From positions 26,720 to 90,719 of the forward strand of contig JAGBES010000023.1 of assembly GCA_017936845.1 (NCBI GenBank): 64,000 nucleotides of DNA, read 5' to 3'. The stretch comes from Bacilli bacterium (GTDB taxonomy: Bacteria > Bacillota_I > Bacilli_A > RF39 > UBA660). Positions 31,654-41,053 of this stretch are shown here, piece after piece. Position 1 is the first letter of the stretch, and the number at the start of each line of letters is the position of its first letter. The translations under genes and the position numbers were made by a program. The notes beneath the pieces are model-generated. The model worked only from the letters and a program-made list of their open reading frames with translations, made no database searches and was not told the origin of the DNA.

Positions 31654-31860
31654 TCCTCCAAAAAAAAATTACTCCCAACTAAGGGCGTAATTACGCGATA
31701 CCACCTTATTCATAACCAAAATAGTTATCTCAAACATTTAACGCATGTATACGTCTTAATTTACATATCAATTAAGCAGTTTAGGAACCATTCGAAATAT
31801 AATTAGAATATCTAGCTCTCACCTTACCTAGACTCTCTTTAAAACAATTATATTTTTCTT
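31654..31860 (-). promoter_or_regulatory. structured 5' leader with a T-box-like motif, a terminator-like hairpin and a U9 tract upstream of dut-metG (candidate T-box riboswitch)
   Basis: The minus-strand RNA contains AAUAAGGUGGUAUCGCG (T-box consensus AAUUAGGGUGGNACCGCG, with a UGGU bulge that could pair with the tRNA NCCA end). This is followed by the GCGUAAUUACGC and CCCUUAGUUGGG hairpins and UUUUUUUUU, then the RBS GGAGGAG. Upstream lies an AGAGAG...GGUGAGAGCUAG stem-I-like region. Confidence 0.4.
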
Positions 31861-31902
31861 TCCATCAAAACCTTTATTTTCGTTATTATATCATAGTTTA
31901 TT

Positions 31903-32430
31903 TTATTCTTCAAGATATTTAGATAAAAAACTAGTTGACATATTTACTAATTGTTTTTCTATTTCTTTTATTTCTCCTTCATCTTTTATAAAAATAATTG
32001 AACCATTTATATCACCATTTGATATTATTGTATTTAATAAATAGTTTTTATTTACACTTATATCATTTGTAATATTTATATTTTTCGTTTCTAATATATT
32101 AGTACGTTTTTTCATTATATCTATAACATCATTAGTTAATTCTTTATTTAATAAATCTTTTTTTAAATTACCTGTAACTGCTATTATAGTATTATTATCA
32201 GTAATAATAACATTATTTTTAATAAAACTATAAATAGAATCAGTCAATTTTTGAGCTAAATCTGTGATATTTTTTATATTTGAATACTTCTTTAATATTA
32301 TTTTTTCATCTTCATCTATATATATTTCTATATTTTCTCCTTCATTTATTTTTAATTTTTTTCTTATTTCTTTTGGAATAACAATTCTACCTAATTCATC
32401 TATTCTTCTAATTATTCCAGTTGCTTTCAT
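31903..32430 (-). CDS. SpoVT/AbrB-family transcriptional regulator (AbrB-type swapped-hairpin N-domain plus a C-terminal GAF-like domain of about 120 aa)
   Basis: The N-terminus MKATGIIRRIDELGRIVIPKEIRKKL...IEIYIDEDEKIILKKY resembles AbrB/SpoVT. Its 175-aa length matches SpoVT, and it sits near mfd and pth as spoVT does in Bacillus. Confidence 0.75.
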   Translation of the reverse strand: MKATGIIRRIDELGRIVIPKEIRKKLKINEGENIEIYIDEDEKIILKKYSNIKNITDLAQKLTDSIYSFIKNNVIITDNNTIIAVTGNLKKDLLNKELTNDVIDIMKKRTNILETKNINITNDISVNKNYLLNTIISNGDINGSIIFIKDEGEIKEIEKQLVNMSTSFLSKYLEE

Positions 32431-32535
32431 ATTTTACCTCACTCTCTAGAAATATTTTGGTTAAATATGTTATTTTTATACACTATTTGAAATGTAAAAT
32501 TTAGTGTAAACAATTAAAAAAATAATATTATTTAA

Positions 32536-32562
32536 TTGACTAATAATTTTAGGTGTTATAAA
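32536..32562 (+). promoter_or_regulatory. candidate promoter for the small plus-strand ORF (TTGACT-15-TGtTATAAA)
   Basis: TTGACT at 32536..32541 and an extended -10 TGtTATAAA at 32557..32562. The 15-nt spacer is short. Confidence 0.35.
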
Positions 32563-32600
32563 ATTAAAATAACAAAAGAGATAGAAAGAAGGTATTATTT

Positions 32601-32729
32601 ATGATAAGAAGAGATGACTCAATGAGATCATTCAGATTAGAAAAACCAAAAAATCCAGTAGGAAGACCTGCTACTAAAAGAGATTTTAAACTTTGCGATG
32701 ATGTTCCATCATTCAAATTATGTAAATAA
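32601..32729 (+). CDS. small basic peptide (42 aa): MIRRDDSMRSFRLEKPKNPVGRPATKRDFKLCDDVPSFKLCK; not in the ORF track
   Basis: RBS AGAAGGT 7 nt upstream of the ATG at 32601, followed immediately by an intrinsic terminator. The peptide has net charge +6 and 2 Cys. Confidence 0.45.
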   Translation: MIRRDDSMRSFRLEKPKNPVGRPATKRDFKLCDDVPSFKLCK

Positions 32730-32730
32730 A

Positions 32731-32758
32731 AAGTAGAAAATTCTACTTTTTTATTTTA
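32731..32758. terminator. bidirectional intrinsic terminator between the convergent small ORF and the PHP gene
   Basis: Hairpin AGTAGAA..TTCTACT with T-runs on both sides. Confidence 0.55.
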
Positions 32759-33589
32759 CTCTATAAAATTTAATTTATTTATTATTTCTTCTCCAATTAT
32801 TGTATTTGCTAATTCTTTTGTTCTTTCAAATGATAATACTTGATTTTTATGATGAGCATCTATTCCATAAAAAACTTTTACATTATAATTTGATACTATT
32901 TTCCAAAAATCTTTGCATGGATAACTTACTTTTTTAATTTTTTCTTCTAAATTTAAATCTTTATTTCTATTAAAAACATTTTCATATATATTAGAGATAT
33001 TTATTTCAAGTGGAATATTATATTTTAAAGCAGCTTTACAAATAATATGTGCGACTTCTATACAAGTATTATCAAAAGATTTTTTTGTATATATATATAA
33101 ATCTGGATGTGCTACTATATCTGGAATATGAAGTTCCATTGCCTTTTCTATATAATGTGCATATTCTATTAATTCTTCATCTGATAATGTTTCACCATTT
33201 CTAATAAACTTTAAATTTTTATTATTGTCATATATAAAATGTTGTCCTAAAACAATTATATCTGATTCATCTTTTAGTTCTTTTAAATTATCTTCTTCAC
33301 CTGGTAGATATTCAACTTCATATCCTACTTTTATCTCTAATTTATCTTTATATTTTTCTTTCAATTTGTTTATATTTTCTAAGTATTCTTTTCTTTCTTT
33401 ATATTCCATACGCATATTTTTTCTTAAATCTATTTTATTTTTTTCTGGACAATGATCAGTAAAAGCCATTTTTTCAAATCCTAAATTAATATATTCTAAA
33501 ACATAATCTTCATCAGTCATATCCAAATCTGCATGACCACATCTATAAGTATGATTATGATAATTAAACTTTTGCATATTATTCACCAC
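32756..33589 (-). CDS. PHP-family phosphoesterase (histidinol-phosphatase HisJ-like)
   Basis: An N-terminal YHNHTYRCGHA motif and a PHP fold. 277 aa. Confidence 0.75.
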   Translation of the reverse strand: MVNNMQKFNYHNHTYRCGHADLDMTDEDYVLEYINLGFEKMAFTDHCPEKNKIDLRKNMRMEYKERKEYLENINKLKEKYKDKLEIKVGYEVEYLPGEEDNLKELKDESDIIVLGQHFIYDNNKNLKFIRNGETLSDEELIEYAHYIEKAMELHIPDIVAHPDLYIYTKKSFDNTCIEVAHIICKAALKYNIPLEINISNIYENVFNRNKDLNLEEKIKKVSYPCKDFWKIVSNYNVKVFYGIDAHHKNQVLSFERTKELANTIIGEEIINKLNFIE

Positions 33590-36500
33590 TTTTCATTGAA
33601 CTTTTTATTTTTTCTAATAATTCTATTAAATAATAGATAAAATGTTTTTCAAGTTTTACAGTATCCAATGTTATTTTTAACATACCTAAACTCATACTAA
33701 ATCTAAACATTCGACTTATATCACTAACCGATATAAATAATTTTTCTGTATCTAAATTATTTGTCATTTCTTTTGATAATATAATTTCTATAAAATTCTT
33801 AGTTTGTCTTATATTTGTAATATTAAGATTTGCTGCCATCTTTTCAAATAATTCTTCATGCATATAAATAATCATCTTATCTGATAAAGTACCAAACCTA
33901 TCTTCTAATTCTTGTTTTATATTGTTTAAAGATTCATAAGAATCAATAGTATTAATTTTTTTATGAATTTCTATTTTTAATTCTTCTTCATCTATATAAT
34001 TATCATCTATACTTGTTTCAATATTAATTAAAGGCTTCTCTATTATTTTTTCTTCTTTTTCTATTTTTTTACCTTTTAATTTTTCTACTTCTTCATTTAA
34101 CATATTTAAATAAAGTTCTATACCAACTGTATCTATAAAACCAGCTTGTTCACTACCTAATATATCTCCGGCTCCTCTTATAGATAAATCACGCATAGCA
34201 ATAGAAAATCCACTCCCTAATTCAGTAAATTCTTTTATTACATTTAATCTTTTCTTTGCTACATCTGAAAGTATTTTTCCTTTTGTATACATTAAATAAC
34301 AATAGGCGATTTTGTTACTTCTACCGACTCTTCCTCTAATTTGATATAATTGCGATAATCCAAATTTATCGGAATCTAATATTAATAGAGTATTTACATT
34401 AGGAATATCTATACCTGTTTCTATTATCGTTGTACAAATTAGTATATCTGCTTCTTTATTTATAAAAGAATTCATTATATTTTCTATTTCTGTTTTATTC
34501 ATTCTACCATGAGCACTTAATATTTTAGATTCTGGTATTAATTTTTGTATTTGGTCTACTTTTTTATTCATATTTTCTATGTCATTATATAAGATAAATA
34601 TTTGACCATTTCTCGATAATTCTTTATATATAGCATCTTTTATTATTGCATCATTTTCTTCTAATACATAAGTTTGAACAGGATATCTATCACATGGTGG
34701 TGTTTCAATAAGTGATAAACTTCTAATACCTGCCATAGACATCTGTAAAGTTCTAGGTATAGGAGTTGCTGATAATGTTAAAACATCTATATTTGTTTTA
34801 TATTCTTTTATTTTTTCTTTATGTTTGACTCCAAAACGTTGTTCTTCATCAATTACAAGTAATCCTAAATCTTTAAATTTAACATCATTACTCAATATTC
34901 TATGTGTACCAATCAAAATATCTATTTTTCCTTCTTCTAAGTCTTTTAATATTTTTTTAACTTTAGAAGAAGATACAAATCTATTTAAAACCTCAATATT
35001 AACTGCAAAATCACTAAATCTATTTATAGCACTTTGATAATGCTGATTTGATAATATAGTTGTTGGACATAAGAATGCTACTTGTTTATTAGACATAATT
35101 GCTTTAAACATTGCTCTAAAAGCTACTTCTGTTTTTCCATATCCTACATCTCCACATAAGAGTCTATCCATTGGATAATTATTTTCCATATCATTTTTTA
35201 TTTCTTCTATTACTTTTAATTGATCTTTAGTTTCTTCATATTCAAATTTACTATCAAATATAGCTTGTTCTTCTGTATCTTTAACAAATGAAAAGCCAAT
35301 ACTTGCTTCTCTTTTGGCATATAATTCTAATAATCTAGAAGCAATATCTTCTATTTTCTTTTTAACTCTTAATTTAGTTTTAGCCCATTCAGATCCACCT
35401 AATTTATTTAATTTAGGTACTATTCCTTCATTAGATGAATATTTTGAAATTAATTCTATTTTTTCTACTGGTATATATAACTTATCATCACCTTTATATT
35501 CAATTAATAGATAATCTTTCTTCATTCCATTTTGTTCTAATGTTTTAAGTCCAACATATCTTCCTATTCCGTGAATATTATGAACTACATAATCACCTTT
35601 ACTTAGTTTTGTAATATCATTTATTTTTTTTCCAAATTTAAAATTAGTTTTATAATTAATAATCTTATTATTTTTTCCAAATATTTCATTTTCACTTATA
35701 ATTATATAATTATTATAGCTAAATCCTTTTCTAATTTTTTTTATTATTAAATTTATTTTATCATCATATATTTCATTTTCATTTGTAATAATAAAATTTT
35801 TATTTTCTAAATTATCTACAAATTTATTTAATGAATATCTGTTATCAAAACATATTATAACTATTCTTTCTTTTAAATATTTATTAAGTCTCTTATTAAT
35901 TTCATTAATATCTTTAGAAAAAGGTTCTATTTCAAAGATATTTTTATTTTGTGTATTATTAACATTATTATCAAAATTACTTAAATATATAGGATTTTTT
36001 ACTGATATTTCTTCTAAATAATTCATATATTTAGTCTTTTTATCTATCTCTAAAGATAAATTATAGTCCTCTATTTCTTGTAATAATTTGGTATATTCTA
36101 TTTCTATTTCATTATAATTATCAAATATAGTATAATTATCTTCTAAATAATCATTTATATTATAAACATCTATATATCTATTTAAATATTTTTGTTTTCT
36201 TATTATATCTTCATTATATTCATTTATTATAAATTCACTATTTGGGCTTATTATAGTCTCATCTAATTTATTTATAGTTCTTTGATCATCTGTATTAAAT
36301 ATTCTAATAGATTCAACAGTGTCTCCAAAAAATTCAATTCTAATTGGATTTATAACATTTATAGGAAATATATCCACAACATATCCTCTAATAGCCATTT
36401 CTCCTGTTTTTGTTACAATTGTTTCCCTTTTATAACCAATATTATAAAATTTTTCTATTAATTTTTTTATATTGTAATCATTATTTACTTCTATTTTAAT

Positions 36501-36866
36501 AAATGATTCTTTAAATAATTTTTTACTAGGTAAATATCTCAAATATCCCATTAAATTAGTAACTATTATTTTTGGTTGCTTTTCTATTATACTTGTTAAA
36601 GTTTCTATTCTTTTCATTTCAAGTTCTGGAGAGATTGCTAGAGCTTCACTTGTTAAAAAATCATCCATAGGAAATAATAATACATCACTTGTATAACAAG
36701 ATAAAGATTGAAAAACTTGATTTGCTTGATATAATGTATTTGTTACATAAAGTATATTTTTATTAGATTTTTTATATAAATTATATGTATAAAGAACTTT
36801 TAATTCATCTGTTATACCATATAAATCACTACCTAACGATGTTATTATATTATTAAATACTGACAT
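33579..36866 (-). CDS. mfd: transcription-repair coupling factor Mfd
   Basis: 1095 aa. UvrB-homology N-terminus, RNAP-interacting domain, DEAD-box-like motifs GDVGYGKTEVA and DEEQRFG, and a TRG motif. Confidence 0.95.
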   Translation of the reverse strand: MSVFNNIITSLGSDLYGITDELKVLYTYNLYKKSNKNILYVTNTLYQANQVFQSLSCYTSDVLLFPMDDFLTSEALAISPELEMKRIETLTSIIEKQPKIIVTNLMGYLRYLPSKKLFKESFIKIEVNNDYNIKKLIEKFYNIGYKRETIVTKTGEMAIRGYVVDIFPINVINPIRIEFFGDTVESIRIFNTDDQRTINKLDETIISPNSEFIINEYNEDIIRKQKYLNRYIDVYNINDYLEDNYTIFDNYNEIEIEYTKLLQEIEDYNLSLEIDKKTKYMNYLEEISVKNPIYLSNFDNNVNNTQNKNIFEIEPFSKDINEINKRLNKYLKERIVIICFDNRYSLNKFVDNLENKNFIITNENEIYDDKINLIIKKIRKGFSYNNYIIISENEIFGKNNKIINYKTNFKFGKKINDITKLSKGDYVVHNIHGIGRYVGLKTLEQNGMKKDYLLIEYKGDDKLYIPVEKIELISKYSSNEGIVPKLNKLGGSEWAKTKLRVKKKIEDIASRLLELYAKREASIGFSFVKDTEEQAIFDSKFEYEETKDQLKVIEEIKNDMENNYPMDRLLCGDVGYGKTEVAFRAMFKAIMSNKQVAFLCPTTILSNQHYQSAINRFSDFAVNIEVLNRFVSSSKVKKILKDLEEGKIDILIGTHRILSNDVKFKDLGLLVIDEEQRFGVKHKEKIKEYKTNIDVLTLSATPIPRTLQMSMAGIRSLSLIETPPCDRYPVQTYVLEENDAIIKDAIYKELSRNGQIFILYNDIENMNKKVDQIQKLIPESKILSAHGRMNKTEIENIMNSFINKEADILICTTIIETGIDIPNVNTLLILDSDKFGLSQLYQIRGRVGRSNKIAYCYLMYTKGKILSDVAKKRLNVIKEFTELGSGFSIAMRDLSIRGAGDILGSEQAGFIDTVGIELYLNMLNEEVEKLKGKKIEKEEKIIEKPLINIETSIDDNYIDEEELKIEIHKKINTIDSYESLNNIKQELEDRFGTLSDKMIIYMHEELFEKMAANLNITNIRQTKNFIEIILSKEMTNNLDTEKLFISVSDISRMFRFSMSLGMLKITLDTVKLEKHFIYYLIELLEKIKSSMKSGE

Positions 36867-36920
36867 ATTACACCTCCTCTTAACAAATAAATTATATAAT
36901 AAATTATATAATTTAACAAT

Positions 36921-36949
36921 AAAAAAACTGATAAATAAATGTCAGTTTT
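36921..36949 (-). terminator. weak AT-rich hairpin with a U-tract between pth and mfd
   Basis: AAAACTGA-N10-TCAGTTTT followed by TTTATTG on the minus strand. Confidence 0.25.
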
Positions 36950-36998
36950 GTTAAAGTTATTATAATATAAAATTTAAATACATATTTCAAATAAAAAT

Positions 36999-37562
36999 TC
37001 AATTTTTTCTATTATATTTATTCATTAATTCATCAAATGATAAGTTTAAATAATCATCAAATATATTAGGTATTATATTTATTACTTCATTCAATTTATC
37101 ATTTTCTTCTTTACTTATTTTACCTAATACATAATCTTTTGTATCAATTAATTTATTATTAGAAATTCCTATCTTTAATCTTTTATATTCTTGAGTTTTT
37201 AAATGTAGTTCTATATTCTTAAGTCCATTATGCCCACCTGAACTACCTTTTTGTTTTAATTTGTATTTTCCAACTTCTTGATCTAAATCATCACTTATAA
37301 TTAATATATCATTTATATCTATTTTAAAGAAATCTACATATTTTTTTATAACTTCACCAGATAAATTCATATATTTAGCCGGTTTTAAAAATATTATTTG
37401 TTCATTATTTATATTTATTTTTTCATAATAACCGTCAAATTTTGATTTAGTTAATTTAAAATTATATTTTCTTGCTATAGCATCTATTGCCATAAAACCA
37501 ATATTATGTCTTGTATTTTCATATTCTTTTCCCACATTTCCTAGGCCTACTACTAATTTCAT
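36999..37562 (-). CDS. pth: peptidyl-tRNA hydrolase
   Basis: MKLVVGLGNVG...HNG; 187 aa. Confidence 0.93.
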   Translation of the reverse strand: MKLVVGLGNVGKEYENTRHNIGFMAIDAIARKYNFKLTKSKFDGYYEKININNEQIIFLKPAKYMNLSGEVIKKYVDFFKIDINDILIISDDLDQEVGKYKLKQKGSSGGHNGLKNIELHLKTQEYKRLKIGISNNKLIDTKDYVLGKISKEENDKLNEVINIIPNIFDDYLNLSFDELMNKYNRKN

Positions 37563-38405
37563 TTAATCACCTCTATGATAAATATTATAAATTTCACTTT
37601 TTACAATATTTCTTTCTTTAGCTACTTTCTTTATTGCTTCTTTTGAATCATATCCTTCTTTAATATATAAATTAACGTGTTCTATAATTGTCAAATTTTC
37701 GTAAGTATTAGTATCTGTATTACCTTCTACTATTAAAACTATTTCTCCTTTTACTTCATCAAGTTCTTTTATTACTTCTTCTATAGTACCTCTATATACT
37801 TCTTCAAATTTTTTTGATATTTCCCGGGAAATACTTATTTGTCTATTTCCCAACACTTCTTTTATATCATTTAAAGTTTTTATAATGCGATGTGGTGCTT
37901 CATAAAAAATCAAAGTTGTTTTTAAATTTTTTATTTCTTCTAGTTCTTTTTTCCTTTTTGAATCTTTACTATTTAAAAAGCCAAAGAAAGTAAATGGACT
38001 AGGATTTATACCTGATACTGTTAAAGCAGGAATAAGAGCAGTTGGACCTGGTAATGATACAACGTTAAAATCATTTTTTATTGCAATTTTAACTAATTCA
38101 TATCCTGGATCACTTATTACTGGTGTTCCCCTATCTGTTACTACTCCAACATTATATCCTTGATTTAAATAATCTAATAATATATTTTCATTTTTTGTTT
38201 CATTATAATTATGACTAGAAATTAACTTTTTATTGATATTTAAATAATTTAATAATTGTCTTGTAACTCTTGTATCTTCTGAAAATATAACTTCTACTTC
38301 TTTTAACACATTTATTGCACGTAATGTTATATCTTCCATATTTCCAATTGGAGTTGGTATCAAATATAATATAGGCTTTTTATTTATATAACTTTTTTGT
38401 GACAT
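37563..38405 (-). CDS. rsmI: 16S rRNA (cytidine1402-2'-O)-methyltransferase
   Basis: TP-methylase fold (LYLIPTPIGN...). 280 aa; a yabC/yraL homolog. Confidence 0.88.
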   Translation of the reverse strand: MSQKSYINKKPILYLIPTPIGNMEDITLRAINVLKEVEVIFSEDTRVTRQLLNYLNINKKLISSHNYNETKNENILLDYLNQGYNVGVVTDRGTPVISDPGYELVKIAIKNDFNVVSLPGPTALIPALTVSGINPSPFTFFGFLNSKDSKRKKELEEIKNLKTTLIFYEAPHRIIKTLNDIKEVLGNRQISISREISKKFEEVYRGTIEEVIKELDEVKGEIVLIVEGNTDTNTYENLTIIEHVNLYIKEGYDSKEAIKKVAKERNIVKSEIYNIYHRGD

Positions 38406-38409
38406 ATTA

Positions 38410-39132
38410 TCATTCCTTAAAATATTTTTTTATTTGTTCTGTGTAATCACCATTTTCATAGTGTGAATATAATGGTGGTAATATTTTTAATCCTGGTTTA
38501 CCATTTTTTACACCTTCTATTAATAAAATATTTGCTTCTTTTTCAAGACCAGGATATACAAATCTTATTTTTTTTGGTTCTATTCCATTTTTTTTCATTT
38601 CTAATACTATATCCATTAATCTTTCTGGTCTATGTACAATAGCTAAACAACCTTTATTTTTTAATAATTTTCTACTTATTTTCATTATTTGTGATAAATT
38701 TAATTTTATTTCATGACGAGCTATTGTTTTAGTTTCTTTGTCATTTAATTTAGAATTTGGATTTAATTTAAAAAATGGTGGATTACATGTTATAACATCA
38801 AATATTTCTGTTTCTAATTGTTCTGAATAAATATTTATATCTTCATTTATAATATTAATTTGATTTTCTAAATTATTATACTTTACTGATTTTATAGCTA
38901 AATCATAAGATTCTTTTTGTATTTCAACACCTATTATTTTTGCATCTGTTTTTGTTGATAAAATAAGTGGGATTACAGCATTTCCACATCCTATATCTAA
39001 AATATTTTTAATATTTTTATTTAAAGTTACAAAATTAGGAAGTAACACTGAATCTAAAGAAAAACTAAACATTTCTGTATCTTGATATATTTTTAAATTT
39101 TTATAATCCAATAAATAATTAATTACTTCCAT
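38410..39132 (-). CDS. tRNA1(Val) (adenine37-N6)-methyltransferase family protein (YabB/TrmN6-like)
   Basis: SAM-binding motif DIGCGNA, an NPPF motif, and the conserved position between yaaT and rsmI. Confidence 0.75.
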   Translation of the reverse strand: MEVINYLLDYKNLKIYQDTEMFSFSLDSVLLPNFVTLNKNIKNILDIGCGNAVIPLILSTKTDAKIIGVEIQKESYDLAIKSVKYNNLENQINIINEDINIYSEQLETEIFDVITCNPPFFKLNPNSKLNDKETKTIARHEIKLNLSQIMKISRKLLKNKGCLAIVHRPERLMDIVLEMKKNGIEPKKIRFVYPGLEKEANILLIEGVKNGKPGLKILPPLYSHYENGDYTEQIKKYFKE

Positions 39133-39919
39133 TTAAATTTATTTCTATTTTTCCTTTTTGAGTTTCTACTTCATATTTTTCATTTAATATATCTACTGAT
39201 ACTACTTTTCCTTCTTCGTTATTATCCATTTTTATTGTTTCACCTATTTTAGGTAACTTTTTTCTACATTCTTTATAACAATCATTTTCATATTTTAAAC
39301 AACATAAAAGTCTTCCACACAAACCATTAATTTTTGTTGGATTAAGGGCTAAATTTTGATTTTTTGCCATTGAAATAGAAACTGAATCAAAATCATTTAA
39401 AAATCTCGCACAACATAATTTTTGTCCACAACTTCCTATTCCTCCTACTTCTTTTGCTTTATCTCGTACACCTATTTGTCTTAATTCTATACGAGTATGA
39501 TAAATATTGGCCAAATCACGTGCTAAATTTCTAAAATCAACTCTTGTATCTGATACAAATCTAAATATTAATTGTTCTCTATCATGTGTGTAATATGCAT
39601 CTAATATTTTAATATCTAATTTATATTCTTTAGCAAGTTCTATACATTTTTTTAATGCTTTTTCTGAATCTCTTTCATTTTTTTCAGCTGTGTGATAATC
39701 TTGTTTTGAAGCTATTCTAACAATTTTTCCTAATTTTGTTTTTAATTTTGATGAATCTATAGGATGAATTTCTGTTTCTATAGTTCCAAATCTTAAAGTA
39801 TTATCTATATCTACTATTACATTCATATTTTTTTTTATTTTTAATTTATTTGTATAAAAATAAATTATTTTATTATTTTTTCCAATTTTTATTCCTACTA
39901 TATCATCCATTTTATTCAC
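39119..39919 (-). CDS. PSP1-domain protein YaaT/RicT
   Basis: PSP1 domain with a C-terminal Cys cluster GSCGQKLCCARFL...CCLKYE. Adjacent to holB, as in Bacillus. Confidence 0.85.
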   Translation of the reverse strand: MNKMDDIVGIKIGKNNKIIYFYTNKLKIKKNMNVIVDIDNTLRFGTIETEIHPIDSSKLKTKLGKIVRIASKQDYHTAEKNERDSEKALKKCIELAKEYKLDIKILDAYYTHDREQLIFRFVSDTRVDFRNLARDLANIYHTRIELRQIGVRDKAKEVGGIGSCGQKLCCARFLNDFDSVSISMAKNQNLALNPTKINGLCGRLLCCLKYENDCYKECRKKLPKIGETIKMDNNEEGKVVSVDILNEKYEVETQKGKIEINLNGSN

Positions 39920-40820
39920 CTCGTACTAATTCAATTATTAATTTATCTAATAACAAGTTTTGATTTGCATTTACTTTTATATATTCTTTTAATTCTATTA
40001 TCTTATTTATTTTATTTATTAATTGATCAACTGTATTTTTTTGTGATATTTCTAATAATGTGTCTTTTTTTATTTCAAATACTTCTAATTTTCTATTAAG
40101 TTTCAAATTTAACAAATCTTTATAATAAAGCAATAATAATTCAAATCCAATATTATAGTTTGTTCTTTCTTTAAAATAATCATGCCATAAATTTTGAGTA
40201 ACTAATAATGTATTTAATTTTTCTATTTCTAAATTTTTTACAAATTTATTAATTATATCTAATTTTAATTCTAATTCTTCTTCTGAAATTAATAATTCTA
40301 ATAAATTTGTTTTCTTTGATTTTGCTAGAGAAATTATTTGACATCTTGATATTATTGTATTTAATAATTGATACATATTATTAGTTATTAATAGTGCAAT
40401 TATTCCTTCTTCTGGTTCCTCTAAAAATTTTAAAATTGAATTAGAAGCTTGTACATTTAATTTTTCTGCATTTTTTATTATATATATTTTTTTATTTGAT
40501 TGAATACTTTTTGTATTAAATGATTTTTGTAATTCATCTAATTGTTCTTTTTTTATCCACATACCATCAGCATCTATTATTTTTATATCATCAAAGGAAT
40601 TATTATCTATTTTATGACATTGAGTACATTTTACACAATTTAAATTATTACTATAATTATAAGGACAAAGAAGCATTTTAGCAAAGGCTAATACTATTTT
40701 GTATGCATTTGGATTACCATTTGCTTCAAATAAGTATGCATGTGAATATTTATTTTTTGTTATAGCATTTTTTAGTGTTTTATATACTATTTTTTGTTCT
40801 TCTATATATTCATCTAACAT
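39912..40820 (-). CDS. holB: DNA polymerase III delta-prime subunit
   Basis: AAA+-like N-terminus (HAYLFEANGN...) with a zinc module CxxC. 302 aa. Confidence 0.85.
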   Translation of the reverse strand: MLDEYIEEQKIVYKTLKNAITKNKYSHAYLFEANGNPNAYKIVLAFAKMLLCPYNYSNNLNCVKCTQCHKIDNNSFDDIKIIDADGMWIKKEQLDELQKSFNTKSIQSNKKIYIIKNAEKLNVQASNSILKFLEEPEEGIIALLITNNMYQLLNTIISRCQIISLAKSKKTNLLELLISEEELELKLDIINKFVKNLEIEKLNTLLVTQNLWHDYFKERTNYNIGFELLLLYYKDLLNLKLNRKLEVFEIKKDTLLEISQKNTVDQLINKINKIIELKEYIKVNANQNLLLDKLIIELVRGE

Positions 40821-40830
40821 AATAATCCTC

Positions 40831-41016
40831 CTAATATATTAATGCTTGTATTAATATTAATGAAAAAAGTGATGGATATCCTAATATGACTAATAAAAAT
40901 ACTGTTACCAAATTTATTGGAATCATCGTTCCAAATGAAACTGCTAATAAATTATATCCATATAATAAAAAAGAACTAAAAATTACTTTTTTTACTAGCT
41001 TAAATATATTTTTCAT
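40831..41016 (-). CDS. BofA-like small membrane protein (61 aa)
   Basis: Two TM segments. The IPINLVTVFLLVILGYPS stretch resembles the conserved BofA segment VPINLVTTAISGILGIPG. It follows recR, as bofA does in Bacillus. Confidence 0.45.
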   Translation of the reverse strand: MKNIFKLVKKVIFSSFLLYGYNLLAVSFGTMIPINLVTVFLLVILGYPSLFSLILIQALIY

Positions 41017-41053
41017 TTTATCACCTAATTCATAATATGAAAAATATATTTTT

